Source: Octopus vulgaris (lineage: Eukaryota). Taken from it: a stretch of 64,000 nucleotides of DNA. The position numbers and the translations under genes were made by a program. Location of the stretch: NCBI GenBank assembly GCA_951406725.2, contig OX597839.1, positions 248,001-312,000 of the forward strand, given 5' to 3'. The notes beneath the pieces were generated by a model. That model was not told the DNA's origin. It saw only the letters and a list, made by a program, of their open reading frames with translations, and searched no databases. Positions within the stretch are counted from its first letter, which is position 1. The number at the start of each line of letters is the position of its first letter. Positions 36,729-49,844 of this stretch are shown here, in pieces.

Positions 36729-37780
36729 GTAAGAAAAAATAATTGTTCTTTATTTTTCCTTATTCTTTAAACCTTTTGTGACCATAATTCTGTTGAAATA
36801 CACTGCAATTATTTCAATTAATTGTTAAAATTACAAAGAATTTAGTAAAATAACTTTTGCCGTAATCAATCTGATGTTTCGAACATAATTTAACATGAAA
36901 TTTTGAAGAAATTTAGACAACAGTAAAATGGAAAGTTTGCATCATAGAATAAAGAACAATTGAGGCAGGTTGGTATCAAAAGGGTCCAATTTCACTGAAA
37001 GAGTTAACTCTGGGATATCCTATTTATACTCGTTTCAGTCACTGGACTATGGCCATACTGGGGCATTGCCTTACTCAAACAAATTGATCCAAGAACTTAT
37101 GTTTTCTTTTTCTGAAATCCAATATTTGTTCTGTTGGTTTTTTATGCTGAACTGCTAACTTATGGGGACATAAACAAACCAACACCTGTTTTCAAATGAT
37201 GATGGGAAGAAACAACATAAACACACATTCCTGGCTTTAAGGGTATCACGAAAGACCTTGCTAGAGGCCCGACCTTCCGAGTTCTTTTACAGAGATTAGA
37301 AAAACTGAAGGACCACTGCAATAAGTGTGTGAATTTGGGAGGGGGATATGTTAAATAAAAACATAATTAATTGATCCTTTTCAACAGACCCTTGTATTCT
37401 CAGATACAATATAAAGCCAATGACAGTGATGAAGATGGCTTTAGTGAAAGGGATTGTTATGGGGACCAGAGAGAAAAGGCTGAAACAGACTCCTTCCTCT
37501 TTGGCTGAACCCTCAACTTTTTCAAGTTTCACTTGGAAAAGGAAGTGGATGCCAATAAAGACTCCCAATGTGCACGGGAGCTGCATGGGAGAAAAGGTCC
37601 CTTACTTGAAAAAGGGAGGTATTAGTTTGCATGTGGAAGGGCTATGCAATGTTTCTCAAGAGACCCTTCAGAAGAACCCCATTTCAGTTTCTTGTATTCA
37701 TGATTGTGCTCTATCAAATTAACAGTATTGGACTTAGTTAATTAACAATTTCTCTTTCTAATCACTTTCTGTTAATGAAG

Positions 37781-38095
37781 GTCAAGAAAATAGTGCATCA
37801 GGAGAAGAAGAATATAACGCTTTGAGCCTTGTAAGCTATCCATCGTTGCGTGATTGTTCAATGAGTAGCGAGACTGCCTTGAAAGTACCAGATACTGCTG
37901 AGCCAAGCCCAAACAGAGTTCAACCAGCTAACGTGACTGAAGCAGCTCGGGTAGAGCCAGCGAGAGTTCACCCATTGAGAGGGGACTTTGGCCCAGCTTA
38001 TCAAGATGCTATATCCATATATACAAACAGCAATTATTCGCCGCCCCTTCATTACATTCAACAAGCCCAAGCGACACAAACAGGCATTGTACACC
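37781..38095 (+). CDS. Long-tail module exon 4: (R)QENSASGEEEYNALSLVSYPSLRD...AYQDAISIYTNSNYSPPLHYIQQAQATQTGIVH(P)
   Basis: Branch/pyrimidine tract ttctaatcactttctgttaatgaag, donor ACC|gtaagt; 315 nt, phase 1-1, no stops; overlaps track ORF 37822-38229. Confidence 0.75.
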
Positions 38096-38485
38096 GTAAG
38101 TTCTTTTTCTTTTTCATTTCTCTCCCTACCTTCCCCACCCTCACCCCTTATTTGTTCTTTTTTGTTTTGTTTGCTTTTTTCCTTTTTTTTAAAATTTATT
38201 TTATGCCCTTCTTCAGTTCTCACTTTTAGATCACAATGATATTGACAACTTCTGAGTGTGTGTGAATGTGTGTGTCTGTGTATCTCTCCTCATCCTCCTT
38301 ACTTGCCCAGCTTTGCACCATCTGACTTCCACCTCTTTCCAGCCATGAGTATTTTTTTGTTAAATGGAATCTCTTTTCAGATGATGTTGAACTTATTTCT
38401 GAAGTAAAGTCTTGGCTCCAGACGCAACCTACCGGCTTCTACAGATGAGGTCTTCACAGCTGCATAAAGCAATGGGAGAAGTGAG

Positions 38486-38792
38486 CTTACGATCGTGAGG
38501 TTGTGAGTTCGAATCCCGGACCGGGCTGTGTGTTGTGTTCTTGAGCAAAACACTTTATTTCACGTTGCTCCAGTTCACTCAGCTATAGAAATGAGTTGCG
38601 ACATCACGGGTGCTAAGCTGCATCAGCTGCTGCCTTTCCCTTGAATAACACTAGTGGCGTGGAGAGGGAAGGCCGGTATGCATGGGCGACTGCTGGTCTT
38701 CCATAAACCACCTTGCTCAGACTTGTGCCTGGGAGGGTAACTTTCTAGGTGCAATCCCATGGTCAGTGTCATGACCGAAGGGGGTCCCGACC
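38486..38792 (+). mobile_element. tRNA-derived SINE
   Basis: B-box GAGTTCGAATCCC followed by the conserved central domain TGTGTTCTTGAGCAAAACACTTTATTTCACGTTGCTCCAG; related partial copy at 11203-11445. Confidence 0.7.
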
Positions 38793-38989
38793 TGATATAT
38801 TTATATCTTTTTATTTTATTTTATTTATAGTTTTAACTGTGAATTTATTTATTAATCTATGTATTTATTTTTATAAATAAAAAAACATTTTTAGATTGTA
38901 AAAATTTCATATTTTATGTATATATGTATTTTTTTTTTAATGTGTACATATGTGTGTTTATATATATATATATATATTTTTTGTGTGTG

Positions 38990-41325
38990 GTGGTCATGGC
39001 GCGGTGGGCAGATGAGGCTCATTAGCAGTGGTGAAGGCAACTCTTCTAGGAGAGACACTGACATAAAACCAGGTCATGGTAATGACAGTTCCATAACTGT
39101 CTGCACTGTCAGAGCCATGGCTGTTGATGGGAGCAGACTGGGCTTCTGTTTTGAAACGAAGCCATGATTAGGAAAAGCAGTATAGGAGAATAAAGCTCTG
39201 AATTCAAATTGACTTACCACTGCTGACTTGCAGTATCCTTTTGAAGAAAAGCCCAGGAGAAGGTACTCCGATATAAGGTCTGCAGTCAACTTAATACTAG
39301 TCATCTTGCTTTGCTTGTCACTGGAATCTACTGTTCTGACGCAGAGAGTGGCAAAAGTGTTGTACAAGCATTTGTCACTGAAATCCAATGACGTACAGAT
39401 ATCCCCGACAAACCACCATCATCACTTTTCAAAAGTCCTAAGGCAATACAGGCGTGGCGATGTATGCAGGTTTGACCAGTTGGAAGCATACAGTTACAAA
39501 TCTGCACATAAGGTGGCAGCGTTCTTATCTTAACATCGCTAACATATTTTCATGGACAGGAACTGTTTTGGGAGGAGAATCCTGTATCTGAGCAGCCCTT
39601 TTAAGGAAGATACTGCTCACCTGGATATACAGGGAAGGTGCTAGAAAAGGTGCGCTAAAAATTGTCTGTCCTCTCTCTGCTGGTTAGTTAACAGTGGCTA
39701 ACGGTGGTTCAGTTTAGCAGGAATAGACAAAGAATTAATATAAAGAATGATAACAAGCATGCAAGGAATAAGGTTCCTCTTAACTTGGCCTGTTGGAATG
39801 TGAGAACCCTTTTAGACTGAGCAGATAGGCCTGAAAGAAGAACAGCTTTAGTAACAAAGGAGCTAAAGTACCTTAATGTTGATATTGCTGCTCTTTCTGA
39901 AACAAGATGTTCAGATGAAGATCATCTTGTCGAAACAGCAGCAAGTTTCACATTATTCTGGGTTGGGAAACTGAAGGGAGAGAAATGGGAAGGTGGTGTT
40001 GGGTTTGCAATTAGAAGTGATTTGCTAAAAGACCTAGAACAACCACAAAGCATAAATACAAACATAATGAAACTGCAGATCCCCTTTCCTTGTGGACGTT
40101 TTCTAACTGTTTTCTCCATCTATGCTCCTACACTTTCAGCTAGTGAGGAAAGTATCCAAGCATTTTATGAGGATCTTAGGAGAAGTATTCTGTCAGTCCC
40201 TTTGAATGAGAAGTTGGTTGTGCTTGGTGACTTTAATGCACGTGTTGGTAGAGACTATGGCGCTTGGAAAGTACTTGGGCGTTATGGAATAGGAAAGGTG
40301 AACAACAATGAGTTACATCTGCTACCTGTGCTCTGAGCTAGAGTTGATTGTTGGGAATACTTTCTTTAATCATAAGATGAAACATAAAGTTACCTGGATT
40401 CACCCAAGATCAAAGCAAGGTCACGTGATCGACTGTATTAACTCGGAAAGCTGACTTACAATATTTGTGCAGTCTCAGAAAATTGCAAGATGCTGATTGT
40501 GATACTAATCACAAAATGGTTAGGTCCAAGTTCAAGTCCAGGGTCCATAAAATGATTCATAGTGCAGGTGTATGAGTACCAAAGAAAATTGAGATAAAGC
40601 AGCTAAAACAACCACAAGTTTTGCAGTTGTTTCAGAAGAGATGCAGCAATGTTCCTTTTGAAGGTTCCTTGCAATCCTTCCGTGATGGAATATATAAAAT
40701 TGGATCAGAGGGATTAGGTTTTAAGAGGAGACAACACTGAGACTAGTTTGATTCCAATGATACAGTGATAAATGAGTTTTTAGCAACAAAGAGGTCCACT
40801 TATGAAAAACTTCTTGACCCGAATGTTAAGAACAAAGTGCAACTAGAAAAGTTTAGAAGTCTCAGAAAGCAGACATGCAAAAAGAACTCAGGAGTCTTAA
40901 AGACACTTGGTGGAGAAATTTGTCTGAGGAAGAACAGGCAGCCTATGACAGGAAAGACATTAAAAGTTTCTATAGTTTATTGTGGCAATCTTCATCATCA
41001 TATGTCCCTTGAAGCTGAAAGACAGGAATGAGGTTATTAAAGGTTCTCCTGGAATAATGAATAGATGGAGAGAACACTTTGCAGATCTTTTCCACAATCT
41101 TAGGAGTCAAGTGGGAATGTTTCATACCTTGATACAGAGTTTCTGCACATGGCACGTTGCAGCTCAGTTGAAGAACATGTTATCTAGGCTCAAATGAGAC
41201 AGACTGGACATGTTATTAGAATAAAAGACAAGCGTTTGCCAATGCGTCTTTTTTATGGTGAACTCAACTCTGGTAAACGACCACAACATAAGCCAGGAAA
41301 ATGGTATAAAAACATCGTTTCCAGT
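38990..41325 (+). mobile_element. RTE-clade LINE remnant (duplicate of 11630-13985)
   Basis: Same APE motifs and the same disablements as the first copy. Confidence 0.85.
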
Positions 41326-41639
41326 TGGCCATGTGATGGGTGACTGCTTGGGAGACCTAGGTGCTGTAAGCATGTCACACTTGGCTGATGCCAGTACCCA
41401 TTAAAAAGCACTATCTGAACATGATTGATGCCAGGCCCGCCAGTGGCACATTCTCGGAGTGGTTGGTGTTAGGAAGGGCATACAGTAATAGAAACATTGC
41501 CAGATCAGGTTGGAGACTGGTGGAGCTGCTGACTCTCCAGACCTCAGTCACACTTTCCGACTCATGCCAGCATGGAAAACGGACATTCAATGATGATGAT
41601 GATGCTATACATATATGCATATGTATACAATAATATATA

Positions 41640-41713
<74 letters not shown>

Positions 41714-42399
41714 GAAATGAGGTACTCAGAAAATCGGATGGTTTATATTTACAGATATTTATTTGTATATTACATTTTTTATATATCATATAACTTAGAT
41801 CATTTTATAGTGGTATTGAGTTTGTGGTGGTGGGGAGGAATATAAGACAGTACAAGAGGGTGATGGATGTGTTTTTGTATTTTGGGATGAGTGCTAAAGA
41901 AAATGAGGGGAAGGGAGATGGAAGAAGAAGAAAAGAATTTTTTGGTCTGCTGGACAGAATATTGACTCCAAGGGGGTTCTAAGGTCTTGGGAAAAAAGAA
42001 TTTCAGTTTTGACCATTTCACATTTTTTTTTCTAATACTTTATGTATAAGCATGTATATATACATCCCAAAATACAAAAACACACACAAGCACACACACA
42101 TACACACATGTTCTCTCTCTCGCTTTCTCCTCATCCATCACCCTCTTGTACTGTCTTATATTCCTCCCCACCACCACAAACTCAATACCACTATAAAATG
42201 GTCAAAACTCCTCACACAGGAACTTAGTTTGATTTGAAAACCCCACTAGAATGGGAGAAAGCGCTAATGCATGACCTAAGTTATATGATATATAAAAAAT
42301 GTAATATACAAATAAATATCTGTAAATATAAACCATCTGATTTTCTGAGTACCTCATTTCTTCTAATATATAATACCTGTACATTATCACCAACCCTTC

Positions 42400-42436
<37 letters not shown>

Positions 42437-42769
42437 GCTTGCAACTCTATTTCCAGCATTGTTGACATTTAACTGGTGTCTGAAATATGGCCACCACAGA
42501 TGTCGCAATGATGGGCACCTCTTGCAATAGGGGTTCGGAGAGCTTACCACATGCACACACACATCATTTTTAGCAATCATACTTGAAGTAGATAAAACTA
42601 TAGACAATAGATGTAGAATCCTTGCGTGGAAAAAAGTCACAGGCCACTACCACCATTATCATCTACAATCACCACTGCTAATACCAACACCCCATACTAC
42701 CATCCCCAGCACCACCAATGCGATATTATCCTTTCTGTGTCTGACTAAGATTTCATTTCTCCTTTACAG

Positions 42770-42828
42770 CTCAGTTTGTGCATTATGATCAGCCAATGAA
42801 CAAGACAAGGAACAGGGAATACATGTAA
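42770..42828 (+). CDS. Long-tail module terminal exon (P)QFVHYDQPMNKTRNREYM*
   Basis: Acceptor tttcatttctcctttacag, phase 1, TAA 42826-42828; AATAAA near 42994. Confidence 0.7.
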
Positions 42829-45800
42829 CAACAGCACTAATCGCATGACCAGTATGAATATATATATATATATAATCAAAATAAGCAACAGGATATCAAG
42901 AGGTGATGCAGTGCAACCATTTGAAGTGGTTCCATTTAATTGAACAATGCAATCATTACATCAATTTAAATGCAGGGCTATCCTCAGTTGCATAAATAAA
43001 TAAATAGAATTTTTAATCAGTTGGACACATTAATATAATTTTACTCAAAAGCTCTAATAGAGCAAGAATTCTGAAAGTACCCATGTTGCTACTAATGTAG
43101 GACCCCAGACAAATCAATGCATTGATCCCTTTTCCACAATCCCTTCCCTTTTCAAGTAAAACTTGAAAAAGTTAATCAGGGCTTGGCCATAGAGAAAAGT
43201 ATCTGTCTTCAGCCCTTTCAGTCTGGTCCACTACACAACCTTTTTACGCTAAGGCCATACTGGTACTAGCTGTCCCTTTCTATCTTCCGCTAACTCTAGA
43301 AATTTATAGATCTTGCCATGATAGTCAGTTATTATGACCTTGTTTTCTCTGCCTCTCTTCCTTTAACTCTTCAGCATTCAAACTGGCCATGTCCGGCCAA
43401 AATATTTAACTTGTTTTATGTTGAAACTGGTCAGATCTGGCCTCTCACCTCAGTCCTACAATGTCATTCTAATAATAAACAACCGCACCAGCAAAATCTC
43501 TAAACTACAAGACAATGCATGATTATTTCAAAACAATATAAATAAACAAACATCACATTTGACAGAATAATCTGAACAGAAAAGGGTTAAACTTTCCTCT
43601 GTACATTTAACAGAATAATCTGAACAGAAAAGGGTTAAACTTTCCTCTGTATCTTATATTAGTTGTTGACCAAAGCTTTCTTTTAAGGTCCTATTAATTC
43701 TCTCTCTGATGATGAAAGACATCACCACTCTATAGCTGGCTACTGTCCTTTTTCAAGGAAATGCACCATCTGTACATCTAGTCTTGAAACAGGTGTAAGA
43801 AACTATTTGCACACTTTCTTACTTCATTCCTTCTCATCATCTATACTCACGTAACAACTCAAACTTCCTGTTTTAATACATGAATATCATAGTCTAACCT
43901 CATACCAGTGATTTGCCCGCTTATATTTCTATTCTATTGTACATTTTAATGTCCACATATACAAATCTTTTATACTTATTTCAATTATTACACAGCGGCC
44001 ATGCTGGAGCACCACCTTGAAGTATTTTTTAGTGGAATGAATTGACCCCAGTACTTACTTCTGTGTTTGTTGATGTCTGTTACTTATTCTATTGAAGACA
44101 TAAAGACATAAACATGTCAGCACTAGCTGTCACGCAGTGGTGGAGATACACACACACACACACACACACACATGAGACATGCTTCTTTCAGTTTTGTTAT
44201 GACCTACAGTATGATGAAATACTTTGCTTTTTGCTTGACTGGCCAAACAGCGCACATTGTTAACCGACATACAAACATTACTGACTGTGTTTGTTAACTA
44301 TTTACTTATAAGAAGACCACTTCTTAAGGTTAGACATCAGCCACAACACCTCCACACATTGAACTTTTTCCATAAATTTTTCCTTTTGTTTCTTTTCAAC
44401 ACTTATTGTCATTTCTTTTTCTTTTTTTCCCAAATACATTTTTATTCATTTACTAGTTTTTTTCCTTCCACATCCAGAATAATAATTTTTTTCAACTATG
44501 AAAAAAAAATTACACAGCATTATTATGTATATATTTTTCATTTCTATGTCTTTTCCTTTCGTTACACTTTCCTTGGCAGAAACTGGATCAGTTACCTGCA
44601 AACTTTCATTATCGTTTAAAGTGTTTGCATTAGAACGATTCCTTAACGAAGCATTTTCACTAGAAGGGCCTTTTCCTGTAACAGATGGCTCAGATTCTCT
44701 AATTTCAGAATTTTCTACAACATAGTCTTCACTAGTCACTTCCATCGACATTTCATCTGGACTTGTTTAGTATCCTCAATCACAAAACGGCTTGCATTCT
44801 CTTTGTCCATTTTAGCTTTCCTAGCAATTGGTTTGTTTTCAATTTCAACAGATAATATCTGCTTATGTTTGAAATCTTCTGGCATGACTCACTTTAAATG
44901 CATCATTAATTCTTTTTCGTTTTTTTTGTCTTCCAAACCAGAATTATTTTTTGTTCCACACAGAACCATTTTTTTTCAAAATGCCATAGGTAGTAACAAG
45001 TCTACATTATTACTGGTAGCGCTACTACATATAGTGACCTAACTTATGAATCCTTCAAACAGACTTACTATTTTTTGTTCCACACAGAACCTTTTTTCTT
45101 TTCAAAATGCCACATCTCATTCATTTTATTGACATCCTTCTTTTGGTGCAAACTGAATAAAAGTAGTATATGTTTTGTTTATATATAACATGCAGTTATA
45201 TTATCACATATTGATAATGAATAGAAATGGCTTTTCTGATAATTTTTCCACTTTAATAATTAGATGTTTATAGGAGACTAATTATCAAAATGGAAAAATT
45301 ATCAGAAAATTCATTTCTATTCATTTTTTTCAAATATCTTATATTACTTTACCAAGGCCTGTCTATTTTTTATACTTACATACATATTTATATATATATA
45401 TATATGCGTGCTTGTGTGTGTGTGTGTGTGTAATATATATATATAAATTAGAGAAAAACCACTATTATGTAATTCAAACAATGATAGACATAAACCAAAT
45501 CATGAAGAAAAAATAAAATATATTATAAAACATATAACTAGATTACAAAACGTACAAAAAAATGAATAAACAATATATAATAAGTAAAACGACTACATAC
45601 GTTTCGTGGCTATAACTTCAATTTGAATTACATTAACAATCTATAGAATATCTTTTCACTAGCTATACTCTAATATTATATATACATATATATATATATA
45701 TTTGTTTTGTTTTTTTTGAGGTGGTATACCATATATATTTTAAGTATTAAGTAAAAAAGAGATGAGTTAGTTGAAAAAATATGGAACTAACATATATAGA

Positions 45801-48157
45801 AAAGGTATAAATTTTCTGTAAAAATATCATTCCTGATGAATCTCTGAAATGAGATGGAAGCCCTAAATAAACTTTTCTACTTTTGGCACAAAGTCCCAAA
45901 TTTTTTGGTGGGAAGGGGCCAGTCGATTGGATCGACCCTAGGACACAAATGATGCTTAATTTATCGACCCTGAAAGGATGAAAGGCAAAGTTGACCTCGG
46001 TGGAATTTGAACTCAGAACGTAAAGACAGACAAAATACCGCTAAGCATTTAACCCGACAAGCTAACGTTTCTGCCAGCTCAGTGTCTTAAAATAATCAAG
46101 CACTTTCTGAACAATTGAAACAGCCAGTATAGTTACAGAATATTCATTTTTTCATTGCCCACAAGGAGCTAAAGATAGAGGAGGCAAACAAGGACACACA
46201 AATGGATTAAGTCGATTAGATCAACTCCAGTGCATAACTGGTACTTATTTAATCAACCCTGAAAGGATGAAATGCAAAGTTGACCTCGGCGGAATTTGAA
46301 CTCAGAATGTAGAGACAGTTGAAATACCACTAAGTATTTCGCCCAGCATGCTAACGTTTCTGCTTTAAGTATGATATATATTTTGTTTTCATTCTAGACA
46401 CAAGGTCTGAAATTTTTTTGATGGGGAGGGGACCAGTCGATTAGATTGCCCCCCAGTACGCAACTGGTACTTGATTTATCAACCCTGAAAGAATGAAAGG
46501 CAAAGTCAACCTCGGTGGAATTTGAACTCAAAAAGTAACCGCGGACGAAATACCATTACACATTTTGCCCAGTGTGCTAACGATTCACCTTGCCCTAAAT
46601 AATCAGTTATTGTTTATTGATTACAAAAAAGACAATATCTCATCTGTTTTTGTAATCAAATGATAATTGATGTTTATCAATTATCAATTTTATCTCCATT
46701 TTCTTATTTTCCCTTATAGATAAACTTCAGTTTATTCTTTTCTTTACTAATCATTTATGAGCATTGACACTAATACTCATAATCACATATTGGTAAGATA
46801 CCAGTAATTCATTGGGCATAAATATCCCTTAGACAGTTTTTATAACCTCTAATTGAACTTACCTTTATAAATATATATATACATATATATGTGTCCCCAT
46901 TGACAGACCCTTAGTATTAATAAAAAGTTAAACACTTATGCTATGCAAATTAATTGCTCCCAGTTTTCTGTAGCTACTGTAATTGTTGACTATATAAGCA
47001 GGTTAGCAGTTTGTTTCTCTGGGATTGGTAAAATTGATGTAGACACCTCTGAGGAGAGTTCAATAAGGTCTGAAAATCAGTCAAAGTTGTTCATATTTTT
47101 TTCAACCTGCAGAGAAATAACTAAATTTGCTCTGTTTATATAGCTACTCTATAACTTACATATATTCTTTAACCCCTTCAGTCATGGATAAAAAAGCAAA
47201 ACTATTTTTTAATTCTTTATCTATACCAAAATACAGGTAAATCACAATATTGAGTCAATTTTTAAAGGATTCCATATTTAATATGCTTAATTTTTGGCAT
47301 GGACAAATAAAAATTTTGCTAACCCTAGTTTAAAAAAATACCAATTTACTTACATCTGTGAGATTTATGAGAAAACTCAGCCATCTTCTATGGCTTGTGA
47401 GTAAACACAGAGTCAGAATCACATGGTCTTGGACTCTCCTCAGAGGTGTCTCCATAAATTTGACCAATCCCAGAGAAACATCCTGACAATCTGTCTATAT
47501 AGTCAGCATCTTTGAGGTGTCCAAGGAATTGGTAACTGTGACTCAATTATATTTTATATTTATTTTGTAATTTATGCTGAAAAATTGTTCATTACACTGT
47601 ACAAAGTGACTGAAGAGGTTAAAAAAGGCATCAAGATCACAACATCACATTAAATGTTATTAAGCATCACATTAGATGTTATTAAACAGTCATCGTTTGT
47701 TTTTGGGGAAGGCATCAATATCACAACATTGCATTGTATATTTCCTTGTATGAGATGCTGAAAGGTTAATGTTTTCACTGAAGTCATCATCGTTTGTGTT
47801 TGAGAAAGGCATCAACATCACAACATTACTTTTCACCAGTGTAATCCTTATTTGTGTTTGGGAAATGAATCAACATCTCAACATCACATTTTATACTTTT
47901 GCGTGTGAAATATTAAAGACATAAAAATTATTTTCTATTAAAAATTGTTTCTTTTTTTCTTGAACTTTTACCAGAAATTTCAGTCACCACATTTACAGAC
48001 AACTACTGCCACAACTCTACTATGGCTACAAACACCACTGCACCACAGCCAACACCAAAACACTATTACAACAACAAGCACCACCAAAACACTACAACCA
48101 ACACAGCAATACTACAACCAATGTTGCAACACTACAGCTACCACAACTGCACTATTA

Positions 48158-48204
<47 letters not shown>

Positions 48205-49437
48205 GTTGTTGTTGTTGTTGTTGAATGAGAGAGCAGTACATGCCATCAAAGTGACACGGGTAAAATATATGAAGCCCAGTATACCCATCATAGGTACCTG
48301 TCTGATAAGGGTACACCAGGCACATGCATTACAACCATATGTGTAAGACATGGTGGTCTCATGTCAAGATAAACAGTGCATGACCTTGCAGGTGGGGCCC
48401 AGTTAGAATTTTCTTTAGGTTGAGTAGCCCAAGAGTTGTTTAAGGATGTTGAATGAAATGCCCATGTTTCCAGAACTGAACTGGGGCTCATGAAGAAGAA
48501 GAAGAACAAAAACAAATATGCCATATTATACAAGGTCGTGATGAGGCCCTTCACAAAATCGAGCCATAATTTTGTTATAAATACAAGAAGAACAGTGAAA
48601 TCGATGTGAGAAAACTTGTAATAGTAGTGCCAATATTTCACGTTATTATCAGATAACAATATTAATTGAAAGTGTGTTTTCGAGACATGATCATTTTGAC
48701 ATTGTTGCAAGAATGTACTGATTAGGCCCAACTTTTCAAGTGCTAGCATTTCGATTTCAGTTCACAGTTCTCAAGTTATACATGTTTGTTGAGCCATATA
48801 GTATCTTTTGTTTAATGTGGAGGCGCAATAGATACATGTTTGTTGGGCCAGTGTTTATACCTAAAGCTATCTTTTTGTTTAATATTGTCATGGTTGGTGA
48901 AAAATTATAATTAGTAATTATCATTATCAAATTCAATACAGCTAGTGACATCATCGTCAATACAGAGTGACATCATCGTGAGGCCCAGTGCTTGTTGCTC
49001 ATTCAGTTGGATGCTAGTTCTCTTGCACCCCACCCCATTAAATGGCCAAGAACTAGGCTAGAGAATGTTTTTTTTTCAGTAAGTTAATTTCAGGAGTTTG
49101 AAGTTATAAGAAATTCTGGGCTTTATGCGCTAGCATAATTTGCTTTTCCAGAAGCTAAATAGACCTACCATAGCCTAAGATATATTCACATATTATTTGA
49201 AATATCTTCTAACAATGTCTAACAATCAATCATTTTCTTTCACAGGGTTTTAATACATTAGTAAGGCGGGACTGCAGAGACTCCTTAATATTTTGTAGTG
49301 ATGGAACCCTCAGTGGAAAAGAAGAGATTGTGCTCATATAACAAAGACTGGGAAAATGGTTGGCAGCAACTAATAATCCACAAGAGGCAAAGTGCATTAT
49401 TTGTAATGGTACCTTTAAAATTGGCCATATGGGTGTT

Positions 49438-49844
49438 ACTCTTTTACTTGTTTCAGTCATTTGACTGCGGCCATGCTGGAACACCGCCGTTAGTCGAGCA
49501 AATCGACCCCGGGACTTATTCTTTGTAAGCCCAGTACTTATTCTATCAGTCTCTTTTGCCGAACCGCTAAGTGACGGGGACGTAAACACACCAGCATATG
49601 TTGTCAAGCAATGCTAGGGGGACAAACACAGACACACAAACATATACACACACACTTATATATATATACATATATACGACAGGCTTCTTTCAGTTTCCGT
49701 CTACCAAATCCACTCACAAGGCATTGGTCGGCCCGGGGCTATAGCAGAAGGCACTTGCCCTAGGTGCCACGCAGTGGGACTGAACCCTGAACCATGTGGT
49801 TGGTTAGCAAGCTACTTACCACACAGCCACTCCTGCGCCACTCC
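49438..49844 (-). mobile_element. Full-length tRNA-derived cephalopod-type SINE with 6-bp TSD
   Basis: GGTGTT duplicated at 49432-37 and 49845-50; minus strand begins GGCGCAGGAGTGGCTGTGTGGTAAG (A-box) ..GGTTCAGTCCC (B-box); empty site in the paralogues at ~24720 and ~11180. Confidence 0.85.

Noticed and set aside
37388-37722. Extra tail exon (PLYSQIQYKANDSDEDG..FLFG* or ORF 37420-37722)
   Set aside because: The apparent acceptor overlaps the end of a mariner remnant (37250-37396), the Tyr-containing frame is not phase 1, and no convincing donor was found.
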